Below, in pieces: positions 46,888 through 57,416 of a stretch of 64,000 nt of DNA. A model generated the notes under the pieces. That model was given only the letters and a program-made list of their open reading frames with translations. It did no database searches and was not told the DNA's origin. Position 1 is the stretch's first letter. Every line of letters starts with the position of its first letter. A program made the translations under genes and the position numbers. Source of the stretch: Candidatus Obscuribacterales bacterium (GTDB taxonomy: Bacteria; Cyanobacteriota; Vampirovibrionia; Obscuribacterales; Obscuribacteraceae); assembly GCA_965228855.1 (NCBI GenBank), contig CBDDIJ010000003.1, positions 448,001-512,000 on the forward strand, in the 5' to 3' direction.

Positions 46888-48966
46888 CTAAACCGTCGGT
46901 CTGATGTGTTCTTGCGTGACACGAATTGCTCGGCGACGGCTTAGCTCCGTCACCACATGAGAGAGTATAGTCTCGATTCGAACGCAACCTACCAGGTGGT
47001 CGTTTTCGTCAACTACTGGTAAGTTCTTCAATCCGTGCTCTCGCATTGTGTTGACCGCACATGCGGTTCCCTCGCCTCGTTTTATAACTATCGGTTCGTG
47101 TCCCATGATGTGGTGCACGCGGACGACATCATCCTGTCCGACCTCGAATGTGGAGGCCGCTTCAATCGTCCTGAGCAGATCACTTCTGGTGACGACCCCG
47201 ACTACTTTGTCCGAGGCGTCAAGGACGCAACAGAAGTCGAGGCGATGCTGACAAAAAAGTTCTAAGATGCCGTCCAGAAAATAATCGGTTCGCAACACTT
47301 CGCCTGGAACCGGCTCCATCACATCTTCAAGAGAGAGGGTATCCAACACCTTGCGCACATCCGGTAGGTCTTTCCAGACGTTGCGCCGACGCCTGACTGC
47401 TTTGGCAATCGCGTCTCTGAGCGGACCGAGATTCGCAGACATTTCCGTAAACAAACTTCTGCCCATGGTGACCACAAGGACGTTAGAACGTGCGCGTACC
47501 GAGGCATTTCTACTCCTGCTCGTAACAAGCGCGGCCTCTCCGAAGAAATCCCCTGGACCCAGAACCGCTACCACCTCCTCAGAGCCCTTTTCCTGATTGT
47601 AGGTTACAACTTCGACATCACCCATCTCGATAACGAAAAAGTCCGTAGCCGGATCTCCCTGTTTAAATATGTAGTCACCCGCGCCGTAGAATGCTCGTGA
47701 TACCGCCCGTGATGTGTCTGTTTTCACATAGACCAGGTCGCGTGGGAAAACCAGATCGCAGAACCATTCGATTCCAACTTTAATGCGCTGCACCATTGAT
47801 GGTAGCTTGAACAGGTAAATCGCGCGCCACATAAACCAGGCGATAAAACCTGAGAATAACATGCCCTGAATTTCGGCTACAGCATTGTGTCCGCCGATGG
47901 CGCAAAGGCTGCCTTGTGAAATATGTGAAAATGGCTTGGTCGGTTTTCCATTGATGGTGTTGACTATGTTGTGAGCGAGTTGCACTCCCTGGCGCTCCGC
48001 AAACTGGGCAACCGGCGGGCTCAATTGACCGCTAGCTTCGTTGGGAACTGCCGCACAATCGCCGATCGCCCAGACATTTCGGAAGCCCGGAACGTTCATA
48101 TCTTTTGTTGTAGCGATCCGTCCTTTGATGTTCTCTACGGGCAGCCTCGCGACCAGAGGGTGCGGCGTGGTGCCAATGGTGCAGACAATGGTGGCAGAGG
48201 GGATCAGTTCTCCGGAGTCCAGAGTCACTCCTTCACGCGATGCCTGCACAGCGCGCACGCCGAGGTGAAATTTCACTCCGTGTTTTTCCATCTCGCGCTG
48301 CGCGAAATCCCGAAGGCTGGAATTGACTTCCGGTAAAATCTGTTGTCCAGAGTGAATCAGATTCACGGTAATCATGTCGCCGGTGAGCGTTTCGAAGAAC
48401 TTGCTCGACTTTCGCACAAATTCATTTATTTCACCGGCTACTTCGACGCCACTGAATCCGCCACCAATTACGGTAAATGTCAGATACCAGTCTCGCTTGC
48501 GCGGATCGTCGCAAACTTCTGCCTTCTCCATCATATCGATGATGTGGGCCTGCAGCTTGAGCGCGTCTCCCACATTTTTCAACGGGAATGCTTGCTCGTC
48601 CATTCCGGGCACGATTCCGAAATTAGCTCTGTTGCCGCAGGCGATTACGAGATGGTCGTAAAACATTTGTCTGCGTGTGCGATCGTAGGCCTCGTACTCG
48701 ATGAAGTTCTTTTCGAGATCGACGTTGATCACTTCTTCCGTGCGGCACTTCACGCCATGCAGGAGCTGGCGGAGCGGTGCCGCGACGTGTTTTGTCTGAA
48801 TCGCAGCAGAAGCGACTTCAGCTAGAAGTGGATGAAACACCATATGATTTTCCCGATTGAACACAACCAGTCGGTAGTGTTCTTTCGGGAGAAGTTTCCT
48901 CAGCGTCTTTGCGCATTTAACTCCGGCGAATCCGCCGCCGAGAATCACGATAGTCGCTTTCGACAT
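46888..48966 (-). CDS. ndh: Type II NADH dehydrogenase (NDH-2) fused to a cNMP-binding domain and a CBS pair
   Basis: ILGGGFAG, FHPLLAEVA, GGGFSGVEVAGE, WAIGDCA, AQFAERQG; GPGDFFGEAAL..RNASVRA; CBS VVGVVTRSDLL, LPVVDENDHLVG. Confidence 0.88.
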   Translation of the reverse strand: MSKATIVILGGGFAGVKCAKTLRKLLPKEHYRLVVFNRENHMVFHPLLAEVASAAIQTKHVAAPLRQLLHGVKCRTEEVINVDLEKNFIEYEAYDRTRRQMFYDHLVIACGNRANFGIVPGMDEQAFPLKNVGDALKLQAHIIDMMEKAEVCDDPRKRDWYLTFTVIGGGFSGVEVAGEINEFVRKSSKFFETLTGDMITVNLIHSGQQILPEVNSSLRDFAQREMEKHGVKFHLGVRAVQASREGVTLDSGELIPSATIVCTIGTTPHPLVARLPVENIKGRIATTKDMNVPGFRNVWAIGDCAAVPNEASGQLSPPVAQFAERQGVQLAHNIVNTINGKPTKPFSHISQGSLCAIGGHNAVAEIQGMLFSGFIAWFMWRAIYLFKLPSMVQRIKVGIEWFCDLVFPRDLVYVKTDTSRAVSRAFYGAGDYIFKQGDPATDFFVIEMGDVEVVTYNQEKGSEEVVAVLGPGDFFGEAALVTSRSRNASVRARSNVLVVTMGRSLFTEMSANLGPLRDAIAKAVRRRRNVWKDLPDVRKVLDTLSLEDVMEPVPGEVLRTDYFLDGILELFCQHRLDFCCVLDASDKVVGVVTRSDLLRTIEAASTFEVGQDDVVRVHHIMGHEPIVIKRGEGTACAVNTMREHGLKNLPVVDENDHLVGCVRIETILSHVVTELSRRRAIRVTQEHIRPTV

Positions 48967-48986
48967 ATGAGGTTTGCCTCATGGTG

Positions 48987-50159
48987 TTAGTCTGAACCAC
49001 CTAGCGATTCAGTGTTTTTCAAGTTCTCCGAGGTATCCTGGTCACCGGGACCTCCCGAGCCGTTGGAATCGGTCAGGAAAGTTTCTTCCATCCAGCGATC
49101 CGGGTTTTTCGGATCGTCTTCAAAGCGAATGTCTTTGGGTAGCGACGGATTGAAGAATTGCGCGCGCTTTATATCTTCTCGTGCCAAAATCGACTTCCCT
49201 TCTTTGTGCCAGAGAAAGGCGCGCGCCATGTAATAGTTTGCCTGGTTTGGATCGATTCTGATGGCGTCCTCTAAAGCTTGCATGGCGAGCCCATTGCTGC
49301 CGAGCTGCATTAAGGCTTTTGCTTTGTGATAGAAAAGATCAGAATTTGTCGGATCTAGTTTTAACGCTGCATCGAAATCCTCGAGAGCTTGCTTGGCGTT
49401 TTTCAACTTGTAGTATTCACGACCTCTGCTCTTCTTCAAATCTGCGTTGTCCGGATCGTATTGAAGCGCTTTATCGTAATCTTTGACTGCATCTTCCGGT
49501 CTGGATATGCCACTGAATGCGGTGCCACGATGAATGTAACCAACATTGTAATCAGGAGCCAGCTCGATAGCGTAGCTGTAATCTTTCAGGGCATCCTCGT
49601 TCTTTCCGAGAACTTTCATGATGTCGCCGCGCCCGATGAGGGCGTTGACGTTTTTCGGATCGTGCTTAAGGGCCTGGTTGTAGTTTGTCAGAGCGACATC
49701 ATTTTTACCAGTCGCCATGTAGGAATCACCTAGCCCGCGATAGGCATCAGACAGTTTCGCATCCAGAGTAATTGCTTTTTGAAAATCTTCAATTGCTTGT
49801 GGATGGTTGTTTAGCTTGGCGCGAGTGATGCCACGCGACAGATAACCGGCGGCATTGTTAGGGTCATACTGAATTGCTGCGGTAAAATCCGCTTCGGCCA
49901 GTTGATATTTTTTCTCTTCGAAGAAACACTGACCTCTGCGCATAAACGCGCGCGGATCGGTCGCTGCCATGCCGATTGACATATCGAACGACTGGATCGC
50001 GTCAGCATAATTCTTCTCTTTCATCTGTTGGACGCCGGCGTCGTAATAGCTTCCCGCTGTTTCACCGTCGGCCCAGGCCGGTAGGCTTGAAAGTGCAAGC
50101 ATAGAGCCGCTCACGACAAGCCCCGCCATAACTTTCTTGTTCCAGCTTTTGTCAAACAT
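48987..50159 (-). CDS. Exported multi-TPR protein
   Basis: GGAGG RBS; signal peptide ending LPAWA; about 9 canonical TPRs (AYRGLGDSY..ALTNYNQALKHDP). Confidence 0.88.
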   Translation of the reverse strand: MFDKSWNKKVMAGLVVSGSMLALSSLPAWADGETAGSYYDAGVQQMKEKNYADAIQSFDMSIGMAATDPRAFMRRGQCFFEEKKYQLAEADFTAAIQYDPNNAAGYLSRGITRAKLNNHPQAIEDFQKAITLDAKLSDAYRGLGDSYMATGKNDVALTNYNQALKHDPKNVNALIGRGDIMKVLGKNEDALKDYSYAIELAPDYNVGYIHRGTAFSGISRPEDAVKDYDKALQYDPDNADLKKSRGREYYKLKNAKQALEDFDAALKLDPTNSDLFYHKAKALMQLGSNGLAMQALEDAIRIDPNQANYYMARAFLWHKEGKSILAREDIKRAQFFNPSLPKDIRFEDDPKNPDRWMEETFLTDSNGSGGPGDQDTSENLKNTESLGGSD

Positions 50160-50250
50160 CAATTTTAGCCCTCCCGGCACCCCTATTTCTGTTATCGCAC
50201 CGATTTGCATCGATCGATGAAGTCGTGTTCGATTTTGTTTATATGCCACG

Positions 50251-52797
50251 CTAGTCGGTGGTCAAACGACACGAGACGGTGAGCTCTGCTGTAGCCTGAG
50301 CGTAATCCGAGACTTTGACTTCGACCGGCTGCGTCTTCCAGATGCGCTCGCGATATTCGCGAATTGATCTATCAGACGAGAAGTACCCCATTCGGCTGAC
50401 ATTTAAAATGGACATCTTCGTCCATTTAGTTTTATCAAGATAGGTCCGACCGAGATCTCGTTGACAGTCGACGTAAGCCTGATAATCGGCGAGCAGCATA
50501 AAGTCGTCGCGGCTCAGCAACGAATCGACGATCGGTTTAAACAGATCGCGATCGCCTTCGGACCACATTCCCGACACCAACTGATCGAGTACCATCTTCA
50601 AGTCTGCATTGTTTTCATAATATTGTCTCGGGTTGTATCCGGAGAACTTGAGGGCATCAACCTCCGCTTCGTCGAGGCCGAATAGGAAGAAGTTTTCTGC
50701 TCCGACCTTTTCGCGGATCTCGATGTTTGCACCGTCCATGGTGCCAATTGTGAGCGCACCATTCATCGCAAACTTCATGTTACCTGTGCCGGATGCTTCT
50801 TTCCCAGCAGTCGATATCTGCTCGGATACGTCAGCCGCCGGGTATATTTTTTGCGCGAGAGAGACGTTGAAGTCCGGGAGGAAGACGACCTTCAAAAGCT
50901 CGTTTACATCCTTATCGTTATTTACGACGTCGGCGACCGAGTTGATGAGTTTGATAATCAGCTTCGCAATGAAATAACCGGGAGCTGCCTTTCCGCCGAA
51001 TATGAACGTTCTCGGCGGGAAGTCAGTAGGCTTGTTATTCTTCAGATAGTTGTATAGGCTGATGATGTGGAGAACATTCAAATGCTGACGTTTGTATTCG
51101 TGGATCCGTTTGACTTGAATGTCAAAAATACTTTCCGGATTAACGATTATGCCGGTCGCCGAGCGTATAGTGCGTGAGAGGCGCTCTTTCTGGTGCACTT
51201 TGATTTGACGCCATTCATCATGGGCGTTGGTATCATCTGCAGTGGCTTCCAGTTTTTCGAGCTCGTCCAGATGTTTGAGCCAGGTATCGCTTCCGATTCT
51301 CTTGGTGATGAAGCTGGACAGTTCCGGGTTGCTCAGCGCCAGCCAGCGACGCGGGGTAACTCCGTTTGTCACATTGGTGAATTTTTCCGGATATAGCTCG
51401 TAAAAGTCGTGAAGAACTCTGTTCTGCAAAAGTTCAGTATGAAGCTCAGCCACACCGTTTATGGTACTGCTTCCGGCGCATGCCAGGTTCGCCATGCGAA
51501 TGTAGCGTTCACCATAATCATCGATTAAAGACATCCGTCTCAGCAATTCGGGATCATTCGGTCTCTGTTGACGGACCGTGTCTAAGAAGCGTCGATTGAT
51601 TTCGTAGATTATTTCCAGATGACGCGGTAGCAGTCGCTCAAACAGCGAAACCGGCCAGCGTTCGAGCGCCTCCGGCAGGAGTGTGTGGTTTGTGTATGCA
51701 AAAGTTTTCTTAGTCACTTCCCAGGCGTGATCCCATTCGAGATCTTCTTCATCCACGAGAAGTCGCATCATCTCAGCGATCGCGATCGAAGGATGAGTAT
51801 CATTCAATTGAATGACAAATTTTTCGTGGAGAGTTTCAGGAGATAAGCCAGCATTTTTATGAAAACGCAGAATCGTTTGAAGACTGCAGGATACGAAGAA
51901 ATATTGTTGTTCGAGACGAAGCTGCCGGCCTTGAGATACGTTGTCGTTCGGATACAGAACTTTTGAGATGTTCTCTGAAACGCATTTGTCCCCTACCGCG
52001 CCGAGGTAATCGCCCATATTGAAGATTTGGAAGTCGAAAGCTCGTGGCGCTTCTGCTTTCCAAAGACGAAGTGTATTGGTAGTTTCAGTGCCATAGCCTG
52101 GAATGGGTGTGTCGTATGGAATTCCCATCACTTCGCGCTGTGCTTCCCAACGCACTCTGTATGCGCCTTTTTCATCCATGTAGCTCGTCGTTCTTCCACC
52201 GAACTTGACGATCATCGATTCGTCCGGCTTTGCCAATTCCCATGGATTGCCGTTGTGTAACCATCGGTCTGCAACTTCTACTTGCCAACCGTTCTTAATC
52301 AACTGGTCGAATATGCCGAATTCGTAACGGATTCCGAAGCCGATAGATGGAATGTTTTCTGTGGCCATTGAATCGAGGTAACACGCAGCGAGGCGTCCTA
52401 AGCCTCCGTTGCCCAGACCGGGTTCCTCTTCGTGATCTATAAGTTCATCGAAATCGAGGCCGGATTCCTCGCATGCCTTTCGCATGTCATCAGTGATACC
52501 GAGGTTCAGCATGTTATTGGCCAGGTGTGGTCCGAGCAAAAATTCCGCCGAAAGGTAGCACACGACCCGGGCCTTGTGCTCTAGATAGCTCTCCAGCGTG
52601 TTGATCCATCGGTGCAGGAGGCGGTCTCTGACAGTCAAAGATAGCGCCATGTAATAGTCATTGCGACTGGCGATTGCCGGGAACTTGCCAAGTCCATAGT
52701 ACAGGTTGTCAGCCATTGCTCGACGCAGAGTTGGAATACTCCGACCCGTTCTGTCGTCTTCTACGGACACGCCGACGGTGCCTTCTACTTGTCCCAT
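50251..52797 (-). CDS. glgP: Glycogen/starch phosphorylase
   Basis: GLGNGGLGRLAAC, QLNDTHP, YTNHTLLPEALE, KRIHEYKRQ, EASGTGNMK (PLP Lys); GGAGAGG RBS before ATG 52797. Confidence 0.97.
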   Translation of the reverse strand: MGQVEGTVGVSVEDDRTGRSIPTLRRAMADNLYYGLGKFPAIASRNDYYMALSLTVRDRLLHRWINTLESYLEHKARVVCYLSAEFLLGPHLANNMLNLGITDDMRKACEESGLDFDELIDHEEEPGLGNGGLGRLAACYLDSMATENIPSIGFGIRYEFGIFDQLIKNGWQVEVADRWLHNGNPWELAKPDESMIVKFGGRTTSYMDEKGAYRVRWEAQREVMGIPYDTPIPGYGTETTNTLRLWKAEAPRAFDFQIFNMGDYLGAVGDKCVSENISKVLYPNDNVSQGRQLRLEQQYFFVSCSLQTILRFHKNAGLSPETLHEKFVIQLNDTHPSIAIAEMMRLLVDEEDLEWDHAWEVTKKTFAYTNHTLLPEALERWPVSLFERLLPRHLEIIYEINRRFLDTVRQQRPNDPELLRRMSLIDDYGERYIRMANLACAGSSTINGVAELHTELLQNRVLHDFYELYPEKFTNVTNGVTPRRWLALSNPELSSFITKRIGSDTWLKHLDELEKLEATADDTNAHDEWRQIKVHQKERLSRTIRSATGIIVNPESIFDIQVKRIHEYKRQHLNVLHIISLYNYLKNNKPTDFPPRTFIFGGKAAPGYFIAKLIIKLINSVADVVNNDKDVNELLKVVFLPDFNVSLAQKIYPAADVSEQISTAGKEASGTGNMKFAMNGALTIGTMDGANIEIREKVGAENFFLFGLDEAEVDALKFSGYNPRQYYENNADLKMVLDQLVSGMWSEGDRDLFKPIVDSLLSRDDFMLLADYQAYVDCQRDLGRTYLDKTKWTKMSILNVSRMGYFSSDRSIREYRERIWKTQPVEVKVSDYAQATAELTVSCRLTTD

Positions 52798-53034
52798 GAC
52801 AAATATCCTCTCCGGGAAACCATTAAGTGGAGAATTATATTCGTTCCTGTTTGTCAATAAATTAGAAATACGCTGCAATCAGCCATTTGTCGTCGAAAAC
52901 GTACAAAAATGTAAACATACCCTGACCGGCGCCACTGGCCTGATAACCTTCTCGAAGGTGCTCGACGTGTGCTATCGACTAATGACTTCGATGTCTTTGT
53001 AATTTACTACGTCGTCAAATCGGGGGATTTGTTA

Positions 53035-55437
53035 ATGTCTAAAAACAGAAATATCAAGCGCGCGATGCGGAAACTCGGTTTAGTAGCCGTTACTTGTGCT
53101 CTCTCCGCTGGTCCTTCCCACGCACAGATGAACTGGACCCAAGTCCCCAACTACATCGATGTGCAGGGGCGAATGACTACAGTCGAGCAAACGATCATGG
53201 AATCGCTTGCGGCCGGCAGGCTAACGGCTACCCAGGCGGATAGTTTTAAAAATGCTCTGGAGCAAATCAAATTGCAGGATAAAGCGTACAGAGCCGATGG
53301 CAAGCTCAGTATGTGGGAGCGCGTGAAAATCGTAATGGATCTGGATAAGCTTAGCGCAAGTATTCAAAGTGGTTTAACCGATCGCAAGGTTGCCATAACT
53401 GACATCAACGGACACGAAGCAGACATTGAGAGAGTCATTCAAGAATCTCTTCTCAGCGGGCGTTTGACTAATCTCGAAGCTCTTGGTTTTAAGAAATCCC
53501 TTTCTGATATCAAGGCTAAAGAGCAAACCTTAAAAGGTGATGGCGCGCTTTCTGCCAATGATCTCTTGCTGCTGTCGCAAGATCTCGATAAGCTCTCGGC
53601 AAACATTGAGCAGAGCTTGAGAACGCGTGTGATCTCAGATCCGAATATCGATTCTAAGCAAACAGAAATAAAAAATCGCATCAGTCAGTTGTCTTCTACC
53701 GGACGAATCCCGGCGCAGCAAGCCGAACTTTTCAATCAAGAGCTAAATCGAATTATCGCTCGAGAAGCCTCCTTCAAAGCATCCGGAAACGCTCTGGATA
53801 ACGAGGAGAAGTTGACGCTGGCGCTTGAACTCGAGCGTTTGCGCGGGCAACTCGATCGGTTTGAACCTGAGTCCAGCTCAACGTCGAATAAAGGGATTGA
53901 CGAGCAACAAGCCGAAATCAAGAAAGCAATTGAGGATGCGAAGATTTCCGGACGACTTTCTGTCCAGGACTCCAATGACTTGCTTCAGGAATATGCTCGA
54001 ATCGAGGCTTTGGAAGCCATGTTCCGCGCAGACGCAAAGTTGTCGGATAACGAACAGTTGACGTTGAATCGCGATCTTGCAGCCCTGAACAAAGCGGTGA
54101 CTGACATTTCGAGCAGAACTCAACCAATGAGTCTCGCCGATCGTAAGACTGCTCTCAAAACAAAAATCGTCGATGCTCAAAGCGCTGGCCGAATAAAACC
54201 TGAGAGCCGCGCCACTGAATTTCTTGACGAATTCAGCAGACTTGACGCCAAGGAAAACTTCTACAAGCAAGATGGTTCGCTGGACAGCACGGAATCTCTA
54301 ATTATCGCCAACGATATCGATGCGCTCAGCGCGAAGGTCGAGAGCTCGTTGACTGCGCTGCCCAGCCCCGCGCAACAAAAGGATTCTATCGAACGCACGA
54401 TGAATGATGCTCTGGCATCCGGGCGACTGGAGCCGGCCAAGGCTGACGAACTTCGCCAGGAGATTCAGCGGATTGCATTTCTGGACAGCGCTTTTCGTGG
54501 CAACGATGGGGTACTTGATGAACGTGAATCCGTCGCGCTCCACAAAGAGTACAACAACCTAGAGGCACGTTTAAATCGCGCGCTGCCTGCGCTTCCGGAT
54601 ATCGATACCATTCAAGCAGATATCGAGCGACGCCTGGCCGAAGGTCAGGCAAACGGTTCGATTGATGCTACCAATGCAGCCGCGATGAAAAAAGAATTTG
54701 ATCGTATAGCCACTGTTGAAGCCTCATTCCGCGCAAGCGACCAGGCACTTTCCGAGTGGGAAACAATGGCTTTGAAGCGCGATCTGGACAGACTAACTTC
54801 GGACATAGAGCGTGTTGCGAAAACAGAACCGGTCACGACTGTTGATCTGAGTGGCGGTTCCTCGGACATTAATGGGCACTGGGCTCAGAAGTACATTGCG
54901 ATTTTGCAGAAGCGTGGTACCATCGGCGGTTTTCCTGATGGTTCATTCAAGCCGGACCAGGGCATCACGCGATCTCAGTTTGCGGCAATCGCCGTCAAGG
55001 CGCTAGGATTACCGCAGGGAGGACGAGAAGTCGAATTCCGAGACCTGCCCAAAACTCACTGGGCTTACAAAGCGATTTGCTCTGCTAGCGATGCCGGTCT
55101 TGTTGGCGGATTTCCCGATGGATCTTTCCGTCCTGAGGACAAGTTAACCAGAGCCCAGGCGCTGGTTATCCTGGCAAAGGCGATAAACAAAGGTTCAAGC
55201 GACACATCTGTGCTCGATAAGTATAAGGATGGCACCGGGGTGGCCGCCTGGGCTGCTCCGAGTGTCGCGAAAGCGGCGTCTGCCGGAATTATTGTCAACC
55301 ACCCTGACCCCTATCAGATCCGACCGGCGGATCTTGCCACTCGCGCTGAGGTAGCGGCATTGACCTATCAGACAATGGCGAACCTTGGTCAAAAACTGCC
55401 GCGGGTCCGCATCGGCTTGGAAGCCAGCGGTAATTAA
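53035..55437 (+). CDS. Exported protein with seven ~80-aa helical repeats and three C-terminal SLH domains
   Basis: Signal peptide; repeats G(R/S)(L/I)..A..(F/L)..E..RI...E..FRADG.L...E...L..DLD.L; SLH HWA..GFPDGSFKP..ITRSQFA. Confidence 0.88.
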   Translation: MSKNRNIKRAMRKLGLVAVTCALSAGPSHAQMNWTQVPNYIDVQGRMTTVEQTIMESLAAGRLTATQADSFKNALEQIKLQDKAYRADGKLSMWERVKIVMDLDKLSASIQSGLTDRKVAITDINGHEADIERVIQESLLSGRLTNLEALGFKKSLSDIKAKEQTLKGDGALSANDLLLLSQDLDKLSANIEQSLRTRVISDPNIDSKQTEIKNRISQLSSTGRIPAQQAELFNQELNRIIAREASFKASGNALDNEEKLTLALELERLRGQLDRFEPESSSTSNKGIDEQQAEIKKAIEDAKISGRLSVQDSNDLLQEYARIEALEAMFRADAKLSDNEQLTLNRDLAALNKAVTDISSRTQPMSLADRKTALKTKIVDAQSAGRIKPESRATEFLDEFSRLDAKENFYKQDGSLDSTESLIIANDIDALSAKVESSLTALPSPAQQKDSIERTMNDALASGRLEPAKADELRQEIQRIAFLDSAFRGNDGVLDERESVALHKEYNNLEARLNRALPALPDIDTIQADIERRLAEGQANGSIDATNAAAMKKEFDRIATVEASFRASDQALSEWETMALKRDLDRLTSDIERVAKTEPVTTVDLSGGSSDINGHWAQKYIAILQKRGTIGGFPDGSFKPDQGITRSQFAAIAVKALGLPQGGREVEFRDLPKTHWAYKAICSASDAGLVGGFPDGSFRPEDKLTRAQALVILAKAINKGSSDTSVLDKYKDGTGVAAWAAPSVAKAASAGIIVNHPDPYQIRPADLATRAEVAALTYQTMANLGQKLPRVRIGLEASGN

Positions 55438-55469
55438 CATGGCGGTGTGGCTCTAAAGTCAATAGAATC

Positions 55470-55533
55470 AAGAGCTTCAGGTTTCTCACCCTCCCCCATC
55501 ACCCTGGAGGGGGGTGGGAGAGCTCTTTGTTTA
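55470..55533 (+). terminator. GC-rich imperfect hairpin followed by a T-rich tract after the SLH gene
   Basis: AAGAGCT/AGCTCTT outer stem; TCTCACCCTCC/GGGGGGTGGGA inner stem; TTTGTTT tail. Confidence 0.55.
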
Positions 55534-55738
55534 TCAGGATTTTGATAGATTAAAGCGCTCGACCAACAATTAATAAAGCGCTGTCTCTTAGTGCCGGTCC
55601 TGAAACTTTCGAGAAGGTAAGTAAACTCTGGCAGGGTAACCTACTTCCATTGTCGCGAGTCTTTCGTTAGTCTGGGGAAAGCTTTGAATAGTCGAAGTCA
55701 CTTTTCCTGGTGAAAACGTCTGCTGTGGCAGAGAGTTT

Positions 55739-55984
55739 ATGAAAGACGAGAAAGACTATGGAATGTTCTGTTCAGTCGCCGTGATTTTGTTGGCGATAAC
55801 ATTCGGCTGCAGTCTCGTTCTTTATATCGATCAGCAAGCCATCGTCGATTACAAGCTCGAATGCGCTCTTCAAGAATTCGAACAGAAGTTCTTGGGTCAG
55901 CAGAAGACCGTCAAGCAGCGTCCAGTTGCGACCGTGGAAGAAGCTATTCCTACGGGCATGATTCAGTCTATGGTTCTCCAGTAG
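55739..55984 (+). CDS. Small single-TM hypothetical protein
   Basis: 81 aa, one hydrophobic segment. Confidence 0.55.
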   Translation: MKDEKDYGMFCSVAVILLAITFGCSLVLYIDQQAIVDYKLECALQEFEQKFLGQQKTVKQRPVATVEEAIPTGMIQSMVLQ

Positions 55985-56176
55985 AAACTGCTGGTCTGAT
56001 TCACTCCGCGGCAGATTTTTGGCGGTATAAACCTGACGCTCCGTTAGCCTTCGAAGTCACCCGGGTGAGTTTAAACCTCAGTGAGGTTTTTGCGATTTAC
56101 CATCCGGCAGTGGGCGTTTATCGTTTAAATTCAGTTCCTATACCTGTGGAAACCGATCGCTCAAGATCGGCTCGAG

Positions 56177-56812
56177 GTGTTGTCTATGAAAATAAGCGAT
56201 TTACAGAACGAAGTGAACAAGATCGTCATTAGAAATCCCTGCGCCGCGAACTGGGATGACATGCAAGGTGATCAAACCGTTCGATTTTGCGGGCAGTGCA
56301 GTAAGAACGTTCATAATCTCAGCGCCATGAATCCTGACCAGTTAGCTTTCACGCTTGAGCTGCGCGAGCGGCAACCAACTTGCGTTTTTATGGCGCGGGC
56401 AAACGATGGAAGTGTCATCATCGATAATTGCCCCAAGTTTTTAAGAAAACAGCGCGATAAAATCCGCGCCTACGCATACTCTGCTTTGTTGACCATTGCC
56501 TGGCTACGCGCGCAAGAGGCTTGCGGGCAAACGCTGGTCGGTGCTCCAGTTGACCCGAGGTATGGGCAGGCGGTCGAGGTCGGTGCACTTGCTGATTTCG
56601 GCTATGATACCGCCCGCGATATCTCTCGCATTGTCACAGCATTGTCGGCGATTCTTGTATGGTTTATCTTTCCAATCAAAGCCAGGCACTCTACGACTGC
56701 AACCCGCCTGGTCCTGGCAGTTCTCGAACGGCTAGCCGTGCCATTGTTAGTCCATTTAGCGGGAACCTACATGCTCAATAATTATGGTGGGCTTGGTGGT
56801 GGCGGAATTTAA
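56177..56812 (+). CDS. Membrane protein with N-terminal Cys-rich PC..W..M.GD...RFC..C.K.VHNLS domain
   Basis: PCAANWDDMQGDQTVRFCGQCSKNVHNLSAM; C-terminal TM segments. Confidence 0.7.
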   Translation: MLSMKISDLQNEVNKIVIRNPCAANWDDMQGDQTVRFCGQCSKNVHNLSAMNPDQLAFTLELRERQPTCVFMARANDGSVIIDNCPKFLRKQRDKIRAYAYSALLTIAWLRAQEACGQTLVGAPVDPRYGQAVEVGALADFGYDTARDISRIVTALSAILVWFIFPIKARHSTTATRLVLAVLERLAVPLLVHLAGTYMLNNYGGLGGGGI

Positions 56813-56885
56813 CACGTAAGTGAGCCCGCCCTGGCACCATTGGCAGTGGCACGAGCAAATTTAAGCGGGAACGGAACGCTCTCGA

Positions 56886-57416
56886 TTAAAAAACGTCCGG
56901 CAGCGGAAGTGTAAGTTGCCGAGGCGCTTTAATACGACCTTCCTTTGCTGGAGACACTGCTTTGAAGATTGCTTTTCGCACCTTCTTGAACAGCAGTTTG
57001 CCTCTGGACGGACCACATTTCTTGCAGTACATCCCGCTGAGCATCTCGGGTTTTCTATGACGACTGAATAACGTCATGCAGTTTGCGCAGCGAGCCTGCC
57101 ATGCCCCTTGTGGAAGGACCGCCGTGCTGTCGCAAGCTTTCGGGTTGCATCCAAGCCGTATGCACATTTCTTTCCAAGTATCATCATGACCATGCTCTAC
57201 GCCGACTATCGCGTGGGCGATTTCGTGGAGAATGGTATCACGCACATGTGCCTCGTCATTTTTGAAGACGTAGGCATAGGATAGCTCGATACGCTTGGTG
57301 CCTGCTTTGCAGATACCAAGCATGCGTTTGCTTTTATTGAACTTAAACGACCAGCCGTTTAGACCATAACTGCTCATCAGGTCTAGCGCAATCTGTTTTG
57401 CAAGTTCAGGTTGCAT
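56886..57416 (-). CDS. SprT-like zinc metalloprotease
   Basis: TILHEIAHA..HGHDDTWK; C-terminal CANC/CKKC zinc ribbon. Confidence 0.88.
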   Translation of the reverse strand: MQPELAKQIALDLMSSYGLNGWSFKFNKSKRMLGICKAGTKRIELSYAYVFKNDEAHVRDTILHEIAHAIVGVEHGHDDTWKEMCIRLGCNPKACDSTAVLPQGAWQARCANCMTLFSRHRKPEMLSGMYCKKCGPSRGKLLFKKVRKAIFKAVSPAKEGRIKAPRQLTLPLPDVF

